Assembly (NCBI GenBank): GCA_964016885.1
Contig: OZ024740.1
Location: 281,046,001-281,110,000 of the forward strand
Source: Eledone cirrhosa
Lineage: Eukaryota
DNA length: 64,000 nucleotides
Direction: 5' to 3'
Shown: piece by piece, positions 53,190 to 64,000 of the stretch
Position numbering within the stretch: position 1 is the first letter of the stretch
How the letters are laid out: each line of letters starts with the position of its first letter
The notes under the pieces: generated by a model
What the model was told of the DNA's origin: nothing
Databases searched by the model: none
What the model saw: the letters and a program-made list of their open reading frames with translations, nothing else
Program-made: the position numbers and the translations under genes

Positions 53190-54735
53190 AATAATAATAA
53201 TGATGACAATAGGTTATTATAATAGATCTAAGTGGTGCAATTTGAGTTATGGAATAGATGGGATGAATTAATTTGGTCTAAAATTAGCGAATTTGGTCGC
53301 CGTTTTATGTCTACAGAAAATAGTTCTTTCAATTTTGCTGTTAAGTAGCATTTTGTTGTATTTTAAAATTTAGAATAGGTCCATATTACAAAGATTACAA
53401 TGGGACATGCCAATTCTATATGCCATTGCCATTGATAACTTCATCCAGCTGATTCTGCATTCCTGGTTTGTATCTTTGAGCTGCCAGATTTTATTGGCGA
53501 GCGTCGTTGTATTCATAAGCTTCCTGTTATTTATAGAGTGTCTTTGAACTCCCCCGCTGTCGAACCTATGTAGTGCCATGCTTAGTTGCCTGAATTTATA
53601 GTACATAGGTACACTATATTTGACTCCAGGCATCTATTCTGTAATGGGCATTTATTAGGCAGATGACAGTTACGTTTTGATGCTTTCCTATGTGCCGGTT
53701 CCGCGATACGGTTTTGTATGTTGTTGTGCATGGGCTGAGAATTTGGTTTGTTGATGTTTTGTGGTGATGTATTCTGACGTGTATTTGGTAGTGATGATGT
53801 TATGTGTTTGTGTTTTATATTTGGTGTTATGGTACTTGTTTGCGGGCTACTTGTATTAGAAATTCTCTTATAGTTAATTTTATGTATGTGCGATTCTATG
53901 TTGTTGGCAGTGGAGTAAGATAGATTGATAGTATTCTATTAAAGATTTTATGGTATTTATGAAGTTTAGGGAAGTGTTTGTCAACTAATTTAAAGAAAAT
54001 ATAAGGTAGTTCTGTTTTTATAGAGGAGTTAAATATTGGATTGAACCATAAGTATCTTCTATAGTTTCTAGTGGTCCATATATTAGTATTCGGTTCAATT
54101 AATTCTGGTGCTTGTTGCCAATTTCTATGTTTAGTCCTAGATTTGTTGCTTCTATAGGTTTGGATAGTGTTATTTCTGTTAAGTGTGTTATTTTTTGGTA
54201 TCTGGTATGTATTTGAGTCTCTCTTTATGGCCTGCCTTAAGTAAAGTTATGTTGTAGTAGTTAGTGTGTTCGTTAACAAATTTCTAGATTAGAAGATAAG
54301 CGCGAAATTCTAAGGGATATACTATGTGATATGGGCTATGGAGTTAAATATGGAGCGAGGTTGATTACAGTTATAATTAATGTAAGCTAGATTCTCGTTA
54401 TTTTTATGGAAGGGTTCTATTAGTCCTGTGTTTAGGTTAAGTGATACATCTAAAAAGTTGGCTTGTTTAGAGTTGATTTCAAAAGTGATGTTTAGGCCTA
54501 ATTTATTGAAGAATGTTCTAATCTTTTTCCGTAATCTTTCTAAGTTTTGATTATTTAGGTTTTTAGCTAAAAGTAATGTATCGTCTCTATAAATTCCTCC
54601 ATGTAGGTTATCAAATTCCTTCTGCAAGATATGTGCTATATATATTCCGACAATGTCCGCTACTTGAGCTGGATCGTTCGATCCCATAGTGATATCAAAG
54701 TTATTTTGTCTATTTTTATCTTTACTAGTCACTAT
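53190..54735 (-). mobile_element. Penelope-like element (RT + GIY-YIG), degenerate
   Basis: [62 protein letters not shown]. Confidence 0.85.
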
Positions 54736-54749
54736 TATTTATATGTATG

Positions 54750-54876
<127 letters not shown>

Positions 54877-55030
54877 ATAATAATAAATGTGAAGACTAAA
54901 ATCCAAAGAGGGCTCGATAAGGATAAATATAAATCAAATATATAAGAACCCTAGAGCAAATATGTTTTAGTTTCAGAAGATCCAGTGAAGAGTGAAAGCA
55001 GCGATTCTTTGCTTAAACTTTAATCTCTTA

Positions 55031-55083
<53 letters not shown>

Positions 55084-55089
55084 GAACAA

Positions 55090-56490
55090 GTATGACCCCG
55101 ACGGCAGAGCTCAAGCCGTTTCGACTGCTAATTCTGAACTAAATAAGATTTTTAGCTTGGTAAATATATAGCCGAACTTCTCAGGGGGTAATTCCTTATA
55201 TGGGAAGATAGTAATTGTCAAAAGTATTGATCAAAAATTTGTTGTAAAAACAGATGATTCTATCATGGCATTCAGTGGGAGGTAGGGGTAGCTGAACTTG
55301 CCGGTAGAACAAAGAGGGAGTGGGGGAAACCCAATCAAGGGTTGAAAGTGATATCTATACAGCAGATTCTAAGGATAGTGTATAGAAGGTCGAAAAAAGT
55401 GTAGTGAAGAAGGGGAGAGGGGAGTTGAAAGAATAGGTAAATCGAAAGGGAGTAAACAAAAAACACATTATAAAAATAAGGAAATAAATATATAAAAAAC
55501 AATTACTACTCCATCCCCACAATCACCAAATCTCTCATTGGTATTGCTAAGCTATAGAAAAGTTTAATAGGTGGAGAAAAATACTAAATACGAGATTGTA
55601 GTGAAAGAATTTTATAAAGCCGGCTTTACAGGGGGTCTAACACCACTACTATAGTTAGTAGTAATCAGCCAATGCTATCTTACAATGACAGGTTAATAAG
55701 TTGAGAACAAACATACTAAAATACTACTACAAAAATACTAATACAAAATATTAATTCAGAATACTAATATATAAATACTAATACAAAAATACGACTAAGA
55801 AATTTAGAAATCACGGAAATGGAGCAGCAACCAGAAAGAAAGCAATTTACTGGGGTCTAACGCATCTGCTAAAAAAATGCTTAATCGACCAATTCTATCT
55901 TAAAATTAGGGTGGTGGGGGTACTGAGGCTACAGAGGACCGATGGGCTGCATAGAGGTGGACGAAAGGGTGAAAAAAAGACAAGGAAGGAGATCTGGGGT
56001 GAAAGGACTAGGAAGAAATGGGGGGAAGAAGGTAATATAGAGGAAAAGTTAAAAAAGTTATATCTACTTTTGTAAGCAGGGGTTACCCCTTACAAAATCG
56101 GCAAGAGGGGTATTTCAGCCCTTGTCTACCCCCCCCCCCCCCCCCCGGGTCGTTATGGGGTTTGAGGGCGAGGTAAGTCCAAAGCAATCTGTGTTTGCAT
56201 GCAGTTACCAGTTCGTCTTTCTTGTTTAGGAGTTGGTCCTTCGAAAACAGCATTTGTAATGTTTCCTCCGATCATAAGTTACACGGACGGCGTCCTCCCG
56301 TGTAAGAGTTAGCTCTGGACAGTAAGCTCCAAGTGAGATTGTAGGTTATATTATTATCTTTGAGGTCCCAGATGTGGCCCGAAAGTGTAGTGGCATGACG
56401 CCGGGCCGGGTTTCGGAAAGTATGTCTGTGTAGGTAGAGTCGGGTCTTGAAGTCACAAGCGGTTAATCCTGTCGGGATATTGATCTCCTT
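55090..56490 (-). mobile_element. Penelope-like GIY-YIG fragment with long 3' region
   Basis: Minus-strand 56200-56480 reads GLTACDFKTRLYLHRHTFR..TTLSGHIWDLKD..LTW..CNL. Confidence 0.6.
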
Positions 56491-56707
56491 TTTATATATA
56501 CTCCGTTATGTAGAGAAAAAATCCGTTGTTTTATTTAGCTGCTATTTTTAGTGGCGTGATAGACAATACGTCTATGTTTACTTCCGCTTCTACTAAGGGC
56601 TGGTTTATGTGCAGGTCAAGTTTACGGCCTCATTCGATCCTGTACTAGCTGGCAGATGTCAATATATTTTGCCGTTCCTGGGACTTTTCGTCTTAAGTAG
56701 GGAAAAT

Positions 56708-56786
56708 GGTTTCTGAAGATCCGAATTTTCCATTGGAAGTCCCTAGGATTTCCAATCATTTGTAAGATGAAACCGTCGGTAAAAGC
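56708..56786 (+). ncRNA. Hammerhead-like motif
   Basis: ttt-CTGAAGA-tc...gat-GAAAC-cgtcg-GTA-aaa. Confidence 0.5.
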
Positions 56787-56884
56787 AAAAGGAATAGGTG
56801 AATATTTAAATTATATTTTTTAATTTATTTAAAAAAATTGTTTGAATCTTGCTTGCTCCGTTTATCTCAATTATATATATATAT

Positions 56885-57060
56885 ATGTATGTAAAAGGTA
56901 AACAGAAATAATAACACAATCGGTCCAGTATGTGGAAGGTATATATTAGGCTAACGCTTAATATAGCAGGAAGAGGGTGTTAATGTTTCAGAAGCTAGTC
57001 TTTCATCAGAAGAAAGAATAAGAAATAAAATAAATTAAGAAGACGGACGGGATGTAATTG
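56885..57060 (-). mobile_element. pLTR-like fragment, same family as 8020-8195
   Basis: Minus strand ctgatga-aagactagcttct-gaaac-attaacaccctcttcctgctat... aligns with 8072-8195. Confidence 0.6.
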
Positions 57061-57304
57061 GAAAAAATGTATTTAGATAAAAATAATAGGTCCATTCATG
57101 TTGACATCTCTTGCAAAACTGTGGGTGCTGGCCTTTTGCGTGTATATATATATTAGCACTCCCCTTGATTGTTGAAAAATTATGAATGTTGGATTCTTAT
57201 AGAATTTCAGTAATAATCAAGAGCTGATTATACCAAGCGGTTGCCGGTCCAGCAAAAATTGAAGAATCCAACATTCATAATGTTTCAACAAACAAGGGGT
57301 GTGC

Positions 57305-57352
57305 TAAGTTCTGAGGAATACCAACAGTATGAAACAGAGATCTGTCAGCTTA
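57305..57352 (+). ncRNA. Type I hammerhead ribozyme with GUC cleavage site
   Basis: TAAGTT/AGCTTA stem I, CTGAGGA, stem II ATAC/GTAT, GAAAC-AGA-ga-TCT-GTC. Confidence 0.82.
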
Positions 57353-57423
57353 TCTCCCTTTGTTTGTTTAAAAAAGAAGTAAGTGTCATAGTCACTACTT
57401 TAAAAAAATAGCGTATATATATA

Positions 57424-57530
<107 letters not shown>

Positions 57531-57616
57531 GTGTATATATATATGTACATATGTATATATATATATGTACACACACAAACACACACACGCACACATATAT
57601 ATATATATATATATAT

Positions 57617-58222
57617 GGTGGCTGCCAACTCGTTTTCGAGTACGGCCACTACTTTATATCCATGTAGGAGAACCCCTACCGATGCGCTGAACGAGTGTGA
57701 CTTTTTAGTACAGCCAGCGACTTGAAAACTCTGGTACAAACACTACACTTGTGACAATTATTGACACATAGTGCTGGGCCCATGCTACCATGTGACGACA
57801 AGTGCAGAGATCTCCAGATATAAAGCAATGCCTGTGCCATGAACCTTTTATAGTGAGCAAAGGCACTGCACAAAGCCAGTCCAACTCTCTTAACCAAGAG
57901 GATATTTACCAAAAAGAAGAACAAGTCAACATCATTGGATACCATCAGGGTTGCAGGTGTTATATCAGAGTTTTCCTTCTCCTAGAATTCTGCCTTGACA
58001 AAGGCTAAGGGGTCATCTCTCTCGGTGATTTTGGATGTCCATTGACTCTTAGGAGCCCCTTTGCCTTTTGACAGGTTTTGTTTTTAGTCCTGCAGGATGT
58101 CCAAAGTCACCCTCCTCACCAAGCAACCTTGGTGGGGTTGCCAGTTTAGTCGCCAACGACCCGACCATGAGACAGGTTGTACTGGCATACATGTTACCAG
58201 TAGCACCAACTTGTGACCTGAC
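57617..58222 (-). mobile_element. Non-autonomous RTE-derived element (copy 4)
   Basis: Reverse complement of 19179-19788, within (TA)n. Confidence 0.88.
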
Positions 58223-58252
58223 ATACATATATATATATGTGTATATACAGAC

Positions 58253-58299
<47 letters not shown>

Positions 58300-58570
58300 T
58301 ACATATATAAACGGCAAAAATGAAACGAAATTTCATTTCCCACTCTTAGTACGGCTGTTACTTAAATATAAGTATGTACACGTACATACATATATGTATA
58401 CAGACGTACAGTAGTATGTATATATACATACATGCATACATATATATATGTACGTATGGATTCACCGAACATTTATTATAAGGCTCGGTGTGTTTTTAAA
58501 CAAACATCCCGTATTAAGCCGTAGTGTCTAGCAACCATCGTTGCTCGTTTGTTCAACACTGACAAAGGAA

Positions 58571-58611
58571 CGCTGTACTAGTTTCAAGCTTATTAGCTAT
58601 CGTCAGCAACG
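58571..58611 (-). ncRNA. Minimal hammerhead ribozyme (inverted copy)
   Basis: Reverse complement of 59053-59093. Confidence 0.8.
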
Positions 58612-59052
58612 TATACCTTCCTGCCAGATTGTTGAACGTATATACTTACCTTATGCATATTAACGGCTGAGTAGCCCAATTAGCAACGATGGTTGCTAGA
58701 CACTACGGCTTAATACGGGATGTTTGTTTACAAACACACCGAGCATTATAATAAATGTTCGGTGAATCCATACGTACATATATATATATGTGTGCATGTA
58801 TGTATATATATATATATATATACATACTACTGTACGTCTGTATACATATATGTATGTACGTGTACATACTTATATTTAAGTAACAGCCGTACTAAGAGTG
58901 GGAAATGAAATTTCGTTTCATTGTTTCCGATTATCATTTTCGGTACCCCGTCCGGTTAACTCACTCGATGTGCAAATTGGGCTGCTCAGCCATTAATATG
59001 CATAAGGAAAGTATATACGTTCAGACGTTCAACCATCTGGCAGGAAGGTATA

Positions 59053-59093
59053 CGTTGCTGACGATAGCTAATAAGCTTGAAACTAGTACAGCG
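59053..59093 (+). ncRNA. Minimal hammerhead ribozyme
   Basis: CGTTG-CTGACGA-tAGCT-aata-AGCTt-GAAAC-TA-GTA-CAGCG, with palindromic stem III ACTAGT. Confidence 0.8.
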
Positions 59094-59209
59094 TTCCTTT
59101 GTCAGTGTTGAACAAACGAGCAACGATGGTTGCTAGACACTACGGCTTAATACGGGATGTTTGTTTAAAAATACACCGAGCATTATAATAAATGTTCGGT
59201 GAATCCATA

Positions 59210-61262
59210 AGACTTACAAAACCTTTGTAACCCAACTGAGCAGCCGATTTGCTGCCCTACAAGACTCTGCGCAAACAAAATCGTCAAATTCTACATTTAA
59301 CCACTTTCAAATGGCATTCAAAGAGGCAGCGGCCGACACCATCCCTTTAAAACCCAAGGTTAAAAATCGAAAACCCTGAGAGGAAACGCCAAAAGCGCAA
59401 AGAGTTGCGAAAAGCTGCAGAATTGAAAGGCACTCAACAATCTCCAGAAAACATTAGTAATTTCAATGCTGCTTGTACAGCACTGAAAAGTGAGTATGGA
59501 ATTGAGAAAGCCGAATCCATGCAGAGAAAGATCAATCATATCTCGAGTACTGTCAGCAATAAGCGGTCTGCTGAAGCCTGGAAAACTGTTAATGAAATTA
59601 GTGGCAGAAAAAGTAGTGACAGAGCCAAACTGAAAGCCTCCAGCCAAGACGAACGTTTAAAACTGTGGCAACAACATTTTCAGAACCTACTTGGCAAAGC
59701 ACCACAGATCATCGAAGAAGAAATAATATCCGTTGTTATAGAGGAACACCAAATACAGAAAGATCCTTTCACTAAGGAGAAACTACATAAAACTGAAAAT
59801 TATTGGTAACGGAAAAGCTTGCGGACATGACGAGATCCCAGCTGAAGTGTGAAATGTACCTGAATTTCACCGAATCCTACTAGAGTTGTGTAATGGTGTC
59901 TATAATCAATACCCCATAGACAAATGGACTGAGGGATGTATACTCCCTTTTCCCAAAAAGGGCGATCTTGGAATGGCTAAAAACTACCGTGGCATAACAC
60001 TAATGGCAATTGCCGCAAAGATATACAATCTCATGTTGCTTGACAGAATAAGAACTGTCATTGACCCCTTGCTGAGAAAAAAACAAAATGGCTTCCGCAC
60101 CAACAGATCAACATCAGGGCAAATATTTACTATTCAGCGTATCTTGGAAGGCGTAAAAGCCAAAAACCTCCCAGCAACTCTCCTGTTTATTGACTTTTCA
60201 AAAGCATTCGATTCCATCCATCGTGGAGGATGAGAGAGATACTTCTAGCCTACGACTTGCCAACGGAAACAGTAAATGCCATCATGATGTTATATAAAAA
60301 CACCCGCGCAATGGTGTGCTCACCTGATGGAGACACCAACTTCTTTGACATCATTGCAGGAGTACTCCCAGGGGATACTCTTGCACCATATATTTTCATC
60401 ATCTGTCTCGACTATGTATTGAGAAAAGCCCTGGACGAAAACTTAGAGCTTGGTTTCACTCTCACAAAGCGAAAGTGTAGACGCCATGCAGCTCAGAAAA
60501 TCACCGATGCTGACTATGCGGTTGATTTAGCGGTCCTTGCTGACTACCTTAAGGATGCAATATCACTACTTCACAGCTCAGAATCAGTTGCAAAGGAAAT
60601 CGGACTCTATGTCAACGCAGGCAAAACAGAATATATTTGCCTGAACCAAGACTCCTCAGTTGGTATGCGAAGTCTAAACGGCGATATAATCAAGCAAGTT
60701 GACGACTTCAAATACATGGGTAGCTATATCGCCTCCACAGAACATGATGTTAACATCAGATTGAGAAAAGCCTGGGGAGCATTGAATGCAATGGAAATCC
60801 AACCTACCGGCCAAATTGAAAAGGAATTTCTTCAGAGCTGCTGTGGAATCTGTGCTTGTTTATGGCTCTATCACTTCGACGCTAATTTCGAAACTGGAGA
60901 AAAAGTTAGACGGGGCATACACACGTATACTCCGTGCTGCTTTAAACGTGTCTTGGAGGGAACACCCAACAAATAAGGATCTCTATGGCAATATACCACC
61001 TATCAGCAAGTCAATACGTGGACAGAGACTCAGATTTGTTGGCCACTGTTGGCGCAGCAAGGAAGAAATAGCAGGTGATGTATTGTTATGGAGTCCATCT
61101 CAAGGAGCAAGAAACGCTGGTCGTCCCAAGAAGACATACGTCAAGCAACTTGAGGACGATACTAGATGTACTGCGGAAGAACTGGCAAACGATATGAGAG
61201 ACAGAGATGGATGGAGGAAACGTGTCGTAGAAAGCCGAGCAAGCTCGACCTGATGATGATGA
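59210..61262 (+). mobile_element. RTE-clade LINE, 5'-truncated, frameshifted RT
   Basis: PKKGDL..NYRGITL, QNGFR..RST, FIDFSKAFDSI, GVLPGDTLAP, DYAVDL (YADD mutated), FKYMGS, RLRFVGHCWR, GRP. (TGA)n tail. Confidence 0.92.
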
Positions 61263-61320
61263 TATATATATATATATATAACAAAGAAGGTATACTTAGG
61301 GTAGTAGAGAGGGTTATTGG

Positions 61321-61433
61321 AAAAGAGTCAGAATCCCGACGGCCGAGCTTCGGCCATTTCGACAGCTAGATCCGAACTATCCCAGCATAGTGCTGGGTTA
61401 GTTCGGATCTAGCTGTCCGACTCCTGACTCTTT
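61321..61433. repeat. Long hairpin / fold-back
   Basis: gacagctagatccgaacta.cccagca / tgctggg.tagttcggatctagctgtc, closed by aaaagagtcag/ctgactctttt. Confidence 0.8.
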
Positions 61434-61580
61434 TCTTATATATATATATCCAAAATTAATGCCAGAAAGACATGCGCCATATCACCCGCAAAACAAGCTC
61501 TAAGATTCTAACGAATAGGTCCGAGGAATTTTATAATAACTAGAAATTGATTAACATATAAATAAACACGAATAATCACA

Positions 61581-61685
<105 letters not shown>

Positions 61686-61692
61686 AAGAGAG

Positions 61693-61833
61693 AGAAGTGG
61701 TAACACAACAGTTAGTTCACCATACCGAGAACAATTGTTTCAGCTCAGCGGATCTTCAACTCAGACTGAAGATCCGCTGACGTGAAACAATTGTTTCCTT
61801 GTATGGTGAACTACCTGTTGTGTTACCACTTCT
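61693..61833. repeat. Inverted repeat with hammerhead-like cores in both arms
   Basis: ~66 bp arms. Plus strand CTGAAGA-tccgctgacgt-GAAAC-AATT-GTT, mirrored on the minus strand. Confidence 0.7.
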
Positions 61834-61914
61834 ACCTAACTCGTCCCATGGACTGAGTGCTCTACCACTACGGATAATACCTTCCAGTGTTCTACCTCTA
61901 TATATACATACACG

Positions 61915-61948
<34 letters not shown>

Positions 61949-61950
<2 letters not shown>

Positions 61951-62008
61951 CCAATTTAGCTAGTGACAAGGAGGAAAGAGAGAAGAAAAAAGATAATAGA
62001 TAGATAAA

Positions 62009-62039
<31 letters not shown>

Positions 62040-62049
62040 TACACACCCA

Positions 62050-62120
<71 letters not shown>

Positions 62121-62190
62121 GTGTGTGTGTTTTATCTATCTATTATCTTTTTTCTCCTCTCTTTCCTCCTTGTCACTAGCTAAATTGGTA
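61949..62190. repeat. Inverted repeat around a (CA)n/(TA)n core
   Basis: taccaatttagctagtgacaaggaggaaagag... / ...ctctttcctccttgtcactagctaaattggta. Confidence 0.8.
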
Positions 62191-62493
62191 TCCTATTTTT
62201 TGTATTCTAGACATGTTTATAGGTGTCTTATAACTTTTGATCGTGTGTATCTTTATATTGCCCCGAGTCATTAATGTGTGTGGTTGTTATCATTCCATTC
62301 ATGCCTTCTATCTAATTTTGATCGGAGTTTTAAGTTTGAGGCCTCAGAACACTTGCCTTCGTTATTACTATCATTGTTAAACTAATGTCTTATATATCAG
62401 ACTCTGTACCTAAAGGATTGATTCAGCGAAACACGGAACCTACCTCCTGATGTCACTATATAGACCCTAACAAGAAAGGTAGACCATATTGAA

Positions 62494-62534
<41 letters not shown>

Positions 62535-62563
62535 AACCCATATATATATACACACACGCACAC

Positions 62564-63700
<1,137 letters not shown>

Positions 63701-64000
63701 TACACACACACATACACACACACACAATATATATATATATATTCTCTTCATCTTAACATGCTAACCATACTCCCACACACATAACACCCATACACACACA
63801 TAACAACCCCCACACCCACAACTCCCTCCCCATTTCTACTAATAGAACCACTTTCCTACACACATATATATATATACACACACACAAAATATATATTCTC
63901 TCCATCTTAACATACTCGCACACACACACATAACACCCATATACACACTAATTTCTACTAATAGAACCACTTTCATCACACATATATATACACACACACA

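Larger units (their letters stand above)
58318..59209. mobile_element. Non-coding Penelope-type pLTR array (inverted plus tandem repeats)
   Basis: 58318-58545 is inverted at 58682-58922, 58455-58680 is inverted at 58975-59209, and 58682-58770 is repeated directly at 59119-59209. Confidence 0.8.

Noticed and set aside
55100-55190. Minus-strand hammerhead-like motif (CTGAGAA...GAAAC)
   Set aside because: The core and cleavage triplet are degenerate.

Overview
AT-rich, microsatellite-dense animal genomic DNA. The repeat landscape suggests a cephalopod such as Octopus (inference). The only host gene I can support is a minus-strand class A peptide GPCR of the vasopressin/CCAP/GnRH receptor superfamily. 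It has two coding exons (28378-27908 and 736-59), joined in phase 0 across a ~27 kb intron, giving 382 aa, and a splice acceptor just upstream of the ATG implies a further 5' UTR exon. Everything else is nested, mostly decayed mobile DNA: Penelope-like elements (RT + GIY-YIG), R4/Dong-like and CRE-like RLE LINEs, RTE LINEs with C2H2 fingers, a young ~610 bp RTE-derived non-autonomous element, tRNA-derived SINEs, non-autonomous Helitrons, a foldback element and an ORF1-only element. The most striking hidden signal is at least 14 hammerhead-ribozyme motifs read by eye. They include near-perfect ones at 22380, 26345, 57305 and 59053, inverted pairs, and a ~1 kb non-coding retrozyme-like unit bounded by direct repeats (8200-9202). 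Most short ORFs in the track are microsatellite or antisense artefacts.
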